Positions 1-14,091 of a DNA stretch of 64,000 bases are shown here, piece by piece. A model generated the notes under the pieces. It made no database searches, was not told the origin of the DNA, and saw nothing but the letters and a program-made list of their open reading frames with translations. The translations under genes were made by a program, and so were the position numbers. Origin of the DNA: the human T2T-CHM13v2.0 reference genome, Homo sapiens; the NCBI RefSeq assembly GCF_009914755.1, contig NC_060936.1; one strand, given 5' to 3'. The first letter of the stretch is position 1. Each line of letters opens with the position of its first letter.

Positions 1-566
1 TGTATCTCCTTGGATCTATTAACTTATCTGAAGAACTTTCCAGGTACTTGGTATGTACTGAAAATTCTTACTGGAATCAGTTTATCATGGAGAAAACCTA
101 CTGTTCTTTCAAGATGCCAGTTAAAATAATGGCACAATAAACATTTTAAACTTACCTTTTATAAAAACTGAGATATTCTAGTATTAAAAAGAGAGAAAAA
201 AAAAAACCCAAATCCCTAATCCCTGAAAGGCTAACCAGGACTCCATTATTTAAATTTCCCCTCTGTTTCTAAAACACAGGTTTTACTGTCTAGAATTTTG
301 CAACATGGCTAATGGCTACCACCTGGTCACCAAATTAACACTTCATTCATTGTAAAGCATTTGGGGATTTTCAAGTGTGAAAATATTTCATCAGTGATTA
401 GATAAACAACAACTTTACGCCAGTGCCATGAGTCTTGTAATTCTTAGCCCCAAGGAAGGGAGGATAACAGCCTAACAGCAATTCTCGAATTGGCACAAAT
501 AATTTATCGTCTGCAACGGGTAGAAGAAGATACTATGAAAGAACATAATTTCTACAAAGTCAACAC

Positions 567-867
<301 letters not shown>

Positions 868-1010
868 GAAAGTCAACAATTTTTCCAAATCTTTTTCCTC
901 AAAGTCTTCAACAAAGACTTTGAACTGCCAAAGTTGTAATCTAGTAAGTCAAACTGCTTATCTCAATTAGGGGTAAACAAAGGCACAAAAGAAAAACAAG
1001 CAGCATAACC

Positions 1011-1103
1011 TTTATTTGGTCATACAATAGGTGAAGAGTGTCTCAATGTTTTGAACACTAAATTTTACTCGTGATAATTTTTTTTCTATCTAGGCAATTT
1101 ATT
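1011..1103 (-). terminator. Two AATAAA polyadenylation signals (1098-1103 and 1011-1016)
   Basis: tttatt on + at both sites. The 1011 site is followed on the minus strand by a GU/U-rich element (CTTGTTTTTCTTTTGTG). Confidence 0.6.
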
Positions 1104-1633
1104 CAGATATGTGCTTTAAAAATACACATTAGGAACTTTGCAACTGATATGTTCTATTTAATATTAGAAACATTTTTCATGGTAATACATTATTTAACTT
1201 TCTATAATTAGAGGGAAAAAATCATAAAGATCATACTTTATATTTTAACCTGACAGAATAAATGCATTATATATATCTCTTTGAAAACCAGTGCACTTAG
1301 AAGTTTCTAATTTATGCACTCCATTGCCCTAATCAAAAAGCTATACATTTTCCAGTATCCACACTATAACACAGTCCTAGTAAAGATGCACATTCCTTTA
1401 AACCCTTTACTTTCCCTTGAATTTTGTGGGGGAGGGTGGAGGGGAAGGAAGGATACAGAAGTTGCAGTGCAGACCTATATTTATTTAGAACAAAACATCA
1501 TATCCTATGTTAAAAAAATAATTTTATCAAAACCAAATTTCAATCACAGTTATGTATGATTTTCAGTTAATGGTACATGTTGAAATTGCACTTTGCAGAT
1601 ATCCTGATAATGTCCTTGACAGCGTTCCCCATT

Positions 1634-1780
1634 TCAGCCTATGTTTTTTTCAGTAGACACAGGTTCTTCCAGAGTTTTCTTTTGGCTCCCCTTCCGTGAA
1701 TATTTGTATTTGTCTACATAGGCTTTAACCAGATTTGCCACTTTAGTAGAATTTACTTCTCCACTCTTACTATGACAAAC
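1634..1780 (-). CDS. SCAF11: SCAF11 last coding exon ([30 protein letters not shown]...EKNIG*)
   Basis: tttttcttag| acceptor, TGA at 1634-1636. Total spliced CDS is 4392 nt = 1463 aa. Confidence 0.97.
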   Translation of the reverse strand, partial: VCHSKSGEVNSTKVANLVKAYVDKYKYSRKGSQKKTLEEPVSTEKNIG

Positions 1781-2048
1781 CTAAGAAAAAAGGGGTGGGG
1801 GGTAAACTTTTTTCATGCTTAAAGGGATTAAAGCCAAAATAGAAAGCTTTGTGAAAAACAACCCCAAAGAGATAACCAGACTTATTTTCATGTTTCATTA
1901 TCTCACACAAACTAATCAAAAGGCAAAAAAGTAGACAGGAATTAGTAGGAGCTAGCTTTTATTATTTTAATTAAACTTCAGCATTCATTTATTAAAACAG
2001 AGGTGGTTCAAAACAACGTGCACATACTCCACTAAAGCCATAACTTAC

Positions 2049-2168
2049 TTTATCTACTGCTTTCCGTACAATTTCTTTATATTCTTCCTTGGTGATATCT
2101 TTATTTTGGTAAAATGGCTTGATGGCCAATTTTACCTCTTGTGCTGCTTTTTCTTGAATTTGCAATTT
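2049..2168 (-). CDS. SCAF11: SCAF11 exon 14, CTD-binding (SRI-like) domain [40 protein letters not shown]
   Basis: ctcatcag| acceptor, AAA|gtaagt donor, 120 nt. Motif typical of SCAF1/PHRF1/SCAF11 C-termini. Confidence 0.97.
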
Positions 2169-2521
2169 CTGATGAGAAGAAAATGTATAATTTATTATTT
2201 GCCAGTCATACTGCTCTCACAAAATCCCAAACAAGAAATTGAAAATACTTCATATTTACAATAAGAGACTCTCCAACTATTAACGTGACAAATATAAAAC
2301 AGTTTATTTACTAAAACATATCAAACATTTCTAAAAACAATTATAAAATATTACCAGTAATTTACTGGACATCAACACATCTAGAGAGAATCCTTCAAAT
2401 AATAATGGCATTTAGACAGCCAATAAGAAATTCCCTTCACCACTCATACAATAAAAAGCTGATATTTTTTCTCCTTTATCATATACAGAATTATGAAGGT
2501 TGCTCTCAACCTTGAACTTGC

Positions 2522-2740
2522 CTTGTCTGTCTTCGAGCTATCTGCGCTGGCTTCCACTGCAACACTTACTTTGCTTTCTGCCAATTTTACAGCAGCATTA
2601 GAGGCTTTGCTGTGACTTGATGACGAAGTATTACCAGAACTTGGTCCCTGAACCATTCCCGTATTTCCTGGGGCTGCTGTCGGAGCAGGCAAAACTGGTG
2701 TACTCATGTTATTACTTACATGAGAAGAACTAGGAATACC
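2522..2740 (-). CDS. SCAF11: SCAF11 exon 13 (GIPSSSHVSNNMSTP...SSKTDK), ends at a GC donor
   Basis: aaaacag| acceptor. AAG|gcaagt donor keeps frame with exon 14. 219 nt. Confidence 0.9.
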
Positions 2741-3121
2741 CTGTTTTAAAGAGTTATCATCAGTTAATGAATTACTTGTACTCGATAGAAGTCTTTTAGT
2801 GATGCAATAGAAATAACATTAAAAAACACAAAGCAAACCAACCTTAGTACTAAAGAAAAATGCATATTTCAGGTAATTATATCTAAAGGGCCCTTTAAAG
2901 AAAAATGAGTAACATTCTTAAACGGGGCCTTATTTAGATATGTCAAGATGACTTTTAAATTATATATATGTATTGTAACATTTTGACAGCAATACTAAAC
3001 ACAAGGAGGAGAATAGCATTTAAAGAATTATATCTTTCCTGCAAGGATCTTTAGGAATATTAACAAATATTAAAGTGCCCTCACTTTAAAGCCTGGAAAA
3101 AATAAGGCAGTAAAGTCAAAT

Positions 3122-3179
3122 GGCTTGTAGTAAGTTGACAGGAGAAAAAAGGCTTGCAGTAAGTTGACAGGAGAAAAAG
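3122..3179. repeat. 29-bp tandem duplication (ggcttgYagtaagttgacaggagaaaaaR x2)
   Basis: Directly visible. Confidence 0.9.
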
Positions 3180-3247
3180 ATTAAGATCCCAAATACTAAA
3201 ATCCAATTTCCCTATTCCTTCAACTCTATCTTACTGTCAGGATTCTA

Positions 3248-3726
<479 letters not shown>

Positions 3727-4313
3727 TAGGATTCTAAAATTTTTAAAAGGCAGTCATAAAATTATAAGCAACAAATTGTTTGCAAATTATTCAAATTTTC
3801 TATGTCTCACAGAGGCACTTCTCCTTTCTTTTTAGCATGATAAATTCATGAAAATGAAACACAGATGGTAATGGATAATAAACAGCTTTATCCAGTGTTT
3901 GTCTGAACAAGACAATAAAAGCTTCATCACAGTACTTAATCACTAGTTCCCACCGTCCCCATATACCCCCTAAACAGTGCAAAACAGGGGAAAAATGTAA
4001 AGCACCCACCACTCGATTCTAATTTGGCTTATAATTTGGTTTACTTAATATGAATAAAAAAATCCTGTTCAGATATAAGTAACAGCATATATGTAGCTTG
4101 GATTTGGTAATAAGTATTTAATTAATTTTCTAATTTGGGAGTTGGGGGGTTTTGAGAAGGATAGTGAAAGAGGGATTATGAAGGTTTACCATAACTGAAA
4201 TCAAATAAACAATTGTTTTTGAATGCCAGGATGCCTTTTTTTGAACATCTGTCATGAACAGCTAAATGTTTACAATGGCTATATTGATTAAACTTGAGTT
4301 GCTAAAAACATAC

Positions 4314-4660
4314 CTGCAATTGCTTTCCATCTGGTTGTGAAGCAATGTAGTTGACTTGTTGGGATGGTGGGGGAGGGGGTGGTGGTGGTGGTAGTCCCTG
4401 AGATACACTGGTAGGAGTGGCTACCTGCATGAGGGGCACTCCTGTGTGGAGATGCAAGGGTAGCTGAGGATGAATGTTAAATGGATTGCGTTGGATGTTC
4501 ATCAAAGGAGCATGAACACCCACTGGATATGGGAAGATATTCATAGGCTGGTGTTGTGCATTCATTTGTTGCTGCATTACATTCATTTGCGGTTGCATCA
4601 TATTTATAGGTAGCTGAGAACCATCAACTTGCTGGTTTGTTTGGTCTTTTAGGCTAGAAT
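4314..4660 (-). CDS. SCAF11: SCAF11 exon 12, Q/M/P-rich region with polyproline
   Basis: ORF 4302..4667. tttgatag| acceptor, CAG|gtatgt donor, 347 nt. Confidence 0.96.
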
Positions 4661-4840
4661 CTATCAAAAGAAAAAAAGCTTGTGAAAAAAATCATGTTAT
4701 AAATCTCTTTAGACAGAGAAACAAAGAACCACTGGTTACAGTAAAATTAAATAGCAATTAATAGGCTCAGTATACCAATACCAATCTCCAATTGCTTAAT
4801 TTAATCCTGTCATTTCTAAATAATGTGGACTGACTTTCTA

Positions 4841-5197
<357 letters not shown>

Positions 5198-5727
5198 TCA
5201 ACAATCAGTAGCTCAAGAAACTGACTAGTTAAAAAAAAAAATCACATAAAATTTAACTACTAAATTATAAGGTTATTCAATTTTTACATCTTCAACAGCC
5301 TTTATCTTGCAATGTTCTTAACAAGAAAAAAAACAAGGAAATATAAATCTTTACTATTAAAACAATGGCTTATTTTATTTGTATGAGAACAATTATCAAA
5401 AAAATTAAAAGTGTACATATCTGAAATAAACAAATTAGAGGTTAAATCCTGCATAGGAATATCCCAAACTCTTCTATTGTAGCAAACAGTGCTGAAAATA
5501 TTTAAGTCTTTGGCAAGGTTTGGAGCAGAGGTAGCATTAATAATATACTTATGTAGATAAACGTACGTGTATATATATTTATATAATGCTAAGTGACTTG
5601 TAAACAACTAAGGTTCAGCTTATTATAAAAACTACAAATAAGGATCATTTCAACTCATACAAATAACATATTAAATTTATAATTCTTCAAATAAAACAGT
5701 ATCAATAAACCAACAAGAATACATTAC

Positions 5728-8445
5728 CCTGTCCAGATGTTTCCTCCTCTTGTTTCATCCATCCAGACTGTGGACCTGAAGAATTTCTGCCTCGTCGTGA
5801 GTAGTAGTTTTGTACATCTGCTGGCAAAGTCTTTCTCACGGCCCAGCTGGATGCAGATGTCCATCCAGATCTATCTGCTGGTGTATCAAATGAGAACTCC
5901 TGTTCACTTTTTCGCTTATAGGATTGCTGTTCCACAAACTTGAAAGATTCACTCCCTGAACTGTTTGAATTCCCTGAGAGGGGTTTTCGATTTTGCCACC
6001 GATTTTCATTCTGATCTTTATAGGCAAAACTACTTCTGTAAGTGCCTCTGCCACGGTTGCCTCTGCCTCTACCACGGTTAGATACCCAACCAGAACCAAA
6101 GTTTTTATTCCAAGAATTTCCTGAATTTTCATTTCTATTTTCTTCCCAATGAGACTCTTTCAACTTTTCTGGATTTCTGGTTCTTGGATCAGGCCCAGAG
6201 TTTATTTTTTCTGTTATCCAATTGGGACAGTCATTTCTATGTTTGTCAGCAGAATTTGGATCATCAGCATCTAGATGGATGTCATTTTTTTCTTTTCTTG
6301 TATTTTCATTCTGTTTCTCTGGGTCATTCTTTCTGTACCGATCATTTCCTCGTGGACATCTCCAACCATCATTTGCCCATCTTCCCTTCCACCGGGGAGA
6401 GTAACTATCTCTGTCAATTCTACCAAATGATGAACTCTTACTTTTTGTTCTACATCTTGAGGGGGACCTAGAATGAGATCTGGACCTAGACCACTTTCTG
6501 GTTCTCCTTTCTCTCTCTCTCCTCTGCCCATCTCTATCACTTTCTCGTTCTCTGCTCTGGGACCTGGATTTTTCTCCTGGGGAAGAATCTTTCACTCTTG
6601 GCTGAGATCTTTTGTTCTCTCTAGAAGTTTCTCTTCTTGGGGACAGTGATTCAGATCTTCTGCTTTCCCTAGTAGTATCCCTTTTTGGAGACCGAGACTG
6701 AGATTGCCTCCTTTCTCTTGCAATATCCTTTTTTGGGGACTGAGAACGGGATTTTTTCCGGCCTCTGGCTGACTCATTCTTAGGAGATGGTGATTGAGAC
6801 TTCCTGCTTTCTTTCCCAGTTTCTCTTCTGGGAGATGGAGACTGGGGCCGCTTCTTTTCTTGTGGAGTGTCTTTGTTGGGTGACCAAGTTGTAGATGGAG
6901 AATGAAATCTAGATCTTCGAGTACGAGGCTTTTTGGTTTTATCTATGGTATCTTTTGGGCTTTCAGATGGTTGAGAAACAGTTTCAACCTTTTCATCCGC
7001 AAGATCAGAAGACGGCATATTATTTTCAGAACAGTGTGTCACAGAATTTTCATTCATTTGTTTAAGATCAGCATTTACAGATGGTTCAACTTCAGATTCA
7101 TTTTGGTCACTGCAAAATGAATCACACTCCATAGGTATCATTTCATTGTTGTCCTCACTAAAATGCTTCTGAATCTGTTCAATGTGTGTTTTAGGCAACT
7201 CTGTAGATCTAGGATGTTCGGTCAGCGATTCATTCTTTTCTTCTAAAGATTTTTCCAATTTGGTGTTCAGAAGATTATTTTTTAGTAAGTTATTTTCAGA
7301 GTCTTGAATATTATTGAAATCTTCATTCCCAAAAGTATCACATGTTGCAATTATTTCTACATCTTCAGTTTCAACATGCCCAAGCAATTGAACCTCTGGG
7401 CTCTTAACAGATTGTCTGTCCACTGTCTGTATAATTTCACCCTCAGAAGATTCTAACTTGGGGCTCTCTATAAGCTCCTCTGTTTTTAGTGTAAAATCTT
7501 TATGTTCAGTAATTTCTACTAGGGAACTCTCTGTTATTTTTTCTTCATTAACCACTGACTCTACATTCTCAGATAAGTCACTTAGGGGACAAGATACAGG
7601 TTGGTACACTTTGCTTTCAGATGTTAAACATGTAGGAAAATCATTTGGAAGATGAACTGTACATACATCTGTCTTTACCTCTGATTGTGAAAGTCCAGAT
7701 ATCTGGTCTTGCTTTTCCAATGGATCACCTCCTTTTTCAAGAATATTTTCAGAAATCTCACTTTCCAAACACAAAACATTAGCCTCTATACCTGTATTCT
7801 CGAGTTTTTTAACTTCCCCTTCCTCACCAACTAGCACAGGAAGATCTTGAGCACAAGACTCAGAAGATGAAGATCCTACTCTTTCCTCTGTATCATAATT
7901 TGCAGTATGCTTCTCACTTTCTTCTATTTGCTCATTGCAACTTTTCAAGCAATTAGCAGACTGGTTTTCTACATGAGTCTGCACAGTACAAATGTTACTA
8001 CTGTCTACATCTGGTTGGTGCTCTTTTTCTAACACAGGTGATGTGTCAGATTCTGCTGTTTCTTCATCTACTGAATCATTGGAAGATGATTTTTCAGGGG
8101 CAGCTACAGAGCTCCGAAGTTTCTTTTTCAGTAAAGGTGGTTTTCTTCCTCTTCTTACAGACTTCCGTTTTGGAGCCTGTCTTGTTTGCTTTTCTGACTC
8201 AGCTGAAGAGGGAACACTTAAAGATGGATTACTGTTACCTGGGGCATCACACCCAGAATTGTCTGATATTGGGGATCTCTGAGACTGACTGGCTGTTTCA
8301 GCTCTTGTGTTACGTGTAGACCTCCTTGTAGGAGTTGTCATTGCAGGTTTTCGTCTTGATCCTCTGGTATTTGATGTACCAGAAGTTTGCTTCTTTTCTT
8401 CCCCTTCTTGAGTATGTGCTAATGCATATCCCTTGCAAGAAGTAC
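5728..8445 (-). CDS. SCAF11: SCAF11 exon 11, 2718 nt: acidic low-complexity region, SP/RS domain, RG-rich segment
   Basis: Contains nearly all of the 879-aa ORF 5702..8341. Acceptor tattag|GTACT at 8446-47, donor CAGG|gtaatg at 5727, phase 1-1. Confidence 0.98.
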
Positions 8446-8651
8446 CTAATAATATTTAAAAAAAAAAAAAAAGTAAAAAATATGTTTTAAGAAATAGTAA
8501 TTTGGCTTTAGCTAATTTTAGCATAAAATAGTCTGCAACAGAGTGAAACTAAATACTTATAAATAAAACTATTAATAAATGCATAGCTACTAACATCTGA
8601 GTAATATGACTTATTCATCAACTTTCTTAATGACACTGAAATAAGTTATAA

Positions 8652-9044
<393 letters not shown>

Positions 9045-9269
9045 TGATCTGGGATTATCTAAGCAAAAGGAGAGAGAAAATGGTCAAGTTATCCATGAAT
9101 TAATAAAGACTCAAACTATTTATTAATAATTAATTAACAGATGTTACTTCTAAAGATCTATGGTTTGGATATGAAAGCCTGAAACAGAAAGGAGACTTCT
9201 AATCAGTTCCTCAAAGCCTCCAAGTTGTAATTTCAAAAACTACAACAGAGTTTCTAGTTGGAATATTTT

Positions 9270-10865
9270 TTATTTTTAAAACTGACTAACAGATAAAACT
9301 GTGTTTCTCATGTACAACATGATGTTTTGAAGTACATATACATTGTGGAATGACCAAATCTAGCTACTTAATATATGCACTACCTCACATAGTTATAATT
9401 TGTTTAGTGAGAACACTTTACGTCCACTCTCTAGCAATTTTCAAAAATACAATATAGTCGACCCTTTAACAACACAGGGATTAGGAGCACCAACCCCCAA
9501 CACAGTCAAAAATTGAAACAGTTTTTACTCCCCAAAACTTAACTGTTATTCACCAGACTCCTTACTGATAACAGTGAATTAATATATTTTTTATGTTATG
9601 TGTTACATACTGTATTCTTACAATAAAAGAAGCTAAAGAAAAGGTTATTACAAAAATCATAAGAGAAAATACATTATAATGCTGTACTGTATTTATTGAT
9701 ACCCTAAGTTTATATCATTTGTTTACAAGATGAATCATCTGTCTGAAATGGCAGGCAACTGCAGCTATAGATCTCAATCTGTTCCTATCAAGGAATTAAA
9801 CTTCTTCTTATAAAGCCATAATTTTGCTTCTTGGGAGCACTTCCTACATCACTAATGGCACTTATGTGGGTCCCAAAGGTGTTACTCAAGGTTTACAGTA
9901 TTGCACTAAACACTATGAAAAATATGCATGCACTGCAAGAGATCACTTTTTACTGTGATATGCAATCTATTAGAAAGACAAATGCTCACATGGAGATGAT
10001 TACATTAAACCAGGTTTTGCGTTGTGTTTTGTTTTTTTTTTGTTTTTTTTTTTTTTTGAGACAGGCTGTTGTTCTGTTGCACAGGCTGGAGTGCAGTGGT
10101 GCAATCATGGCTCATTGTAGCCTCAACCTCCCAGACATTCACAACACTTGAGTACACCAGAATAGCAACAGGTGGCGGCCACAAAAATTGTTACACTGGT
10201 AAATACGTACTATATTTAATTTTACACAGCTATGATTTAATACTGTATCTTTACAGCTGTTTACATTTCTTATGACTGCAAATGGTGGAACCATGTGGTT
10301 TGAGTGTGTATATGTTTTGATAAATTTTAACTTGTTATCATAGATTTGTATATATTTTATGGTAGTAAATGATGAAATAGACTAGTACCTACATATATTT
10401 TATACATTAATGACATACCTTTTTCTTAATTTTTTTCACTATTTATAGGTTATGCGATTTTTCTGTTTTTTCAGTGTTGCAAATCTCCAAACATTTTCCG
10501 ATATATTTATTTTTTAAAATTCATGTATAATGTCGCCACCCAGTTAAAACCTATGTTGTTCAAGGGTCAACTGTATTATTATAGTCATCACGTTTCACAA
10601 TTGATCTTTAGAACTTATTCTATCCAGCTGAAACTGTATCCTCTGACCAACAACCTCCACCCCACCACACCTACCCCACCCCCTAATCTACAATCTAGTT
10701 CTACGAGATCAACTTTTTTAGATTCCACATATAAGTGAGATCATGTGGTTATGTGCCTTTCTGTGCCTGCCTTATTCACTTAGCCTAATGTCCTCCAGGT
10801 TCATCCACGTTGGCACAAACAAGATTTCCTTCTTTTTGTGGCAGAATAATATTCCATTGTGTGTG
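9270..10865 (-). mobile_element. Old L1M 3'-end fragment split by a Tigger2-type insertion
   Basis: L1 3'UTR motifs on both sides (gtacaacatgatgttttga; ttagattccacatataagtgagatcatg). Confidence 0.7.
9455..10573 (-). mobile_element. Tigger2-family (Tigger2b-like) DNA transposon with an internal partial Alu (~10026-10133)
   Basis: TIRs tagtcgaccctttaacaacacagg ... ctatgttgttcaagggtcaactg, flanked by TA. Confidence 0.8.
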
Positions 10866-11091
10866 TATATAGATATATGGAGAGACTATGTATCTATCTA
10901 TCTATATATACATACACTCTAGTTGAAGCAATTCTAAAGTTAAGTCATTGTCCAAATATTTATAGACGTATTTACAAGTTACTATGCCTTACTTTACAGC
11001 TTTTCTAAGTCATCAAACACACATTTTTATGAAACTGGAAGAAACTAATAATAATAATTTTTAAAATAGAAAATGATTTCACAAACTTTAC

Positions 11092-11198
11092 CAAAATGTT
11101 CGAAAGATATGGTACTTGTTGGAAAAATAGTTCTTGGCAACACAGAAGAAATGAGAGGAAGGACTTCTGTTTCAACATTCCAGGGTATAAAACCAATT
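11092..11198 (-). CDS. SCAF11: SCAF11 exon 10 (IGFIPWNVETEVLPLISSVLPRTIFPTSTISFEHF)
   Basis: ttttcag| acceptor, G|gtaaag donor, 107 nt. Confidence 0.93.
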
Positions 11199-12716
11199 CT
11201 GAAAACATAATAAAGACATTTTTGTTTAAATGGTTTAAAAAATTAAACCACCAATTTAAAAGTATTAATTCTCTAAATCAGGTTAGCAATATTAAAATAC
11301 AGTGCTTAAATGTTTTTTGCCCAAATAGCTAAAAATGTAAATTCAAGGTTACTCCTTGTCTAAAGATAGCTACCAATTGGCTAAAATTCAGAAAAAAACC
11401 TTTAAAAGTATGTTTTTCTGATAAATTCATGGCAAAGAAAAGATGAAAGCAACTTAACACAGATGTTTCTCTTTGAAATAATTTATGTAGTATTTTGTCA
11501 AGAATTTTTCCAGCTTTCATCATGTTCTTCACTACTCTAAAAAAATAAAATCAACTTTGAGGTGTAATTCAACATAAAATGCAGACTTTAAGCGTACATT
11601 TGCTAACTTTTTACCAAAGTGTGTGCATATATATATATATATGTCTGTGTTAACCACCACCCCAATCAAGAAAGAGAACATTTCTGCCCCCCTAGAAAGT
11701 GTCCTCACACTCCTTTGTATCCTTCTCCCTCCTTTCCAGGCAACCAAGGAACTGATTTATACCACTATGTTATATTCTAAAATTCCTCGACCTGGTGATG
11801 GCTCTTCAAAGTTCTCAGTGTCCCTAGAGACCTGTTAAGACCCCCTCCTTCAAATTTTCTCCATTCAAACCCAAACCACTTCTTGGCTTTCTTTTTCTTA
11901 TTCATTTAGGTCTCCTAACAAAAGACTATCTGATTCAATATAAGGTAAGACTCTGGAGTAGGAGAAGCATGGGAAAAAAAATGTAACTTGTACATGTATA
12001 AAAATATGTAACTATAAGGAAGGGTTTCATAGTACATACATCTGGAATTCTTCATCTGACTTCTATTATGTTCTGCCATCATTCCTAGAGGGTGAATGCC
12101 CTATACAGAACTATATTATAGTGACATATAAAATAAAGTCATAATATGTTATAGGAATTAATATAAAACTCAGGCAGCGACCCTAATCTTTACTTAGGAG
12201 CTTGATTTAAGTATATATTATATATCTAGCACCATCTTAGTAGCTTCAAGAATAAACTAAGAAATAAAAAACTAGATTACAGAAAGTCATGAGTGTCAGG
12301 GTAGAGTAGGCACTTGATCAAATAGTTATTTAGAAAAACATTTTTGAGGAGAGGAATATGGTAAAAGCGTGATTCAGCTGACAGCACGCAGGTAAGACTG
12401 GAATGGGAGAAGAGTAGAGGAATGATGACAGATGTATTACTAACAATAAATCTTAATATTCGGGTTCTCTCCCTTTTAAATAAATCTAGCATATACACAG
12501 CTATACTTGTTAAACAGATAAATTAAGGATTCTTTACTTTCTAAGGGGTCCTTTATATAGCAATCTTTATTGGGCATTTGAAACACCAAAGTTTAATTTG
12601 CACAAAACTTCCTTAGGAAAATAACAATTGAATAAGGTACCCTTGTACTTAAGTACTAATGCTATCTTGTTCATGTTAGCATGTAAACACCTGAGTAAAT
12701 AATTTTTTATTTTTAC

Positions 12717-12818
12717 CTTCCAATTCCAGGTAATGTATCAGGAAACCATGACAATTCCAGTTCATGTCTCTTCTGCCTAATCAATGCACTGATTTCACTG
12801 GCTTCTATAAATTCTGTA
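12717..12818 (-). CDS. SCAF11: SCAF11 exon 9 (TEFIEASEISALIRQKRHELELSWFPDTLPGIG)
   Basis: cttttag| acceptor, AG|gtaaaa donor, 102 nt, phase 2-2. Confidence 0.93.
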
Positions 12819-13761
12819 CTAAAAGATAAATTTTAGACCTTCATCAGAATCTCACAATTTTAGGTTCAAAAAAACAATTAGGTTGTACAAAGAATAGCAG
12901 TCGTTTTTGTACCTGGCATTATGAATCACACTTACAAGCATGTGAGCTCTTTTCTATTTAAACACTTTCAAAATAAACTCATTCCTAAAATAAGTACAAT
13001 TTTTATATTGCAAATCAGAGTTGTATTTATATGATTGTTAAAAATAACCCTTGAATTTCTATCTTAAGTGACAGAATTTTTTAAATAAAGTCAAGTCAGA
13101 GTAATATCCTCATTATTGAAAGGAAGAAATTCTAGGTGCAATAGTTTCCTACTTGAAACTAAGCCTAAGACAAAAGAAGAAAATAAAGTAGGGTAAGATG
13201 ACTGCAACCAAAAATGGGTATAGTTCAGCTTTTCAAAAGCCTACTTAGACATAATTTTTTTCTTGGTACCTTGCCAAGTTCTAAAATTAAATCACACAAT
13301 CGTATTCTGTGCTGCTGGCTCAACTAACTGTACGTGATTTTAAAACCTCAATTTAATCTTCAAATTCCATAAATATCAACTTAGTATCTACATGCCAGTC
13401 ACTAGGATTCAAAGATGAATGGATCAGCTGTAAAAGGGTTCTTCTTTAGGTAACATCCCCACAAGCTAATAAATAAGCTACTTCTCAATCATATAAACAG
13501 CTTATATAGAACAACTTATTAATGAAAACAAAGCACACTGGCATAGGCAATCACTGCACAATAGAGAAGCTCCCAAAATTAACAGGTTTTCTCTTTGCTA
13601 GAGCTAGTTTACCTTCCCCCCCGCCCAAAAAAAAACTAAAGCAAAACAACCAGGTGGGCCTTTCAGTTTTTATTGGGCCCAGAGTTTAAATTTCTAGCAA
13701 AAGTTAATAATTATTAAACATCAAGTATAAACAGCATAAATTAAAAGTAGAAAATACTAAC

Positions 13762-13871
13762 CAATAAGCTCTATAGGTAAAGGAAGATTCTCCAGAGTGG
13801 CTAACAGAAGAAAACATATTGGAGAAAAAATTTCTGAAGCACTGATTTGTACTCCAATTTGATCTCTGAGG
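13762..13871 (-). CDS. SCAF11: SCAF11 exon 8 (PQRSNWSTNQCFRNFFSNMFSSVSHSGESSFTYRAY)
   Basis: cttttctag| acceptor, TG|gttagt donor, 110 nt. Confidence 0.92.
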
Positions 13872-14032
13872 CTAGAAAAGTAAAAAGTAGTTAGTGAAAC
13901 AGCAAATAAATAACAGGTAAATAATAGTTATACTTAAATATTTTGATACACCTGAAGCACTGGTTATTTATGGACTAAATAACCCTAAAGTGTTATCATC
14001 TAAGAAAAAGATTTTTCTTGGTTTCAACAAAC

Positions 14033-14091
14033 CTTATTTATCTTTATTGCTGCATTTTTCTTTCCTCCTGTTTCACTGTATAAAGAGTTTC
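14033..14091 (-). CDS. SCAF11: SCAF11 exon 7 (NSLYSETGGKKNAAIKINK)
   Basis: gtacag| acceptor, AAG|gtttgt donor, 59 nt. Confidence 0.9.

Noticed and set aside
1428-1452. G-quadruplex-like run in the 3'UTR
   Set aside because: The G runs are on the template strand (the mRNA is C-rich) and the G3 tracts are incomplete.
5737-8319. Overlapping antisense and alternate-frame ORFs within exon 11
   Set aside because: Short by-products of the biased codon composition of the real exon, with no recognisable products.
5702-8341. 879-aa ORF as a stand-alone single-exon gene
   Set aside because: It is the bulk of SCAF11 exon 11. The frame is open upstream to the acceptor at 8445, and a donor at 5727 precedes the stop.
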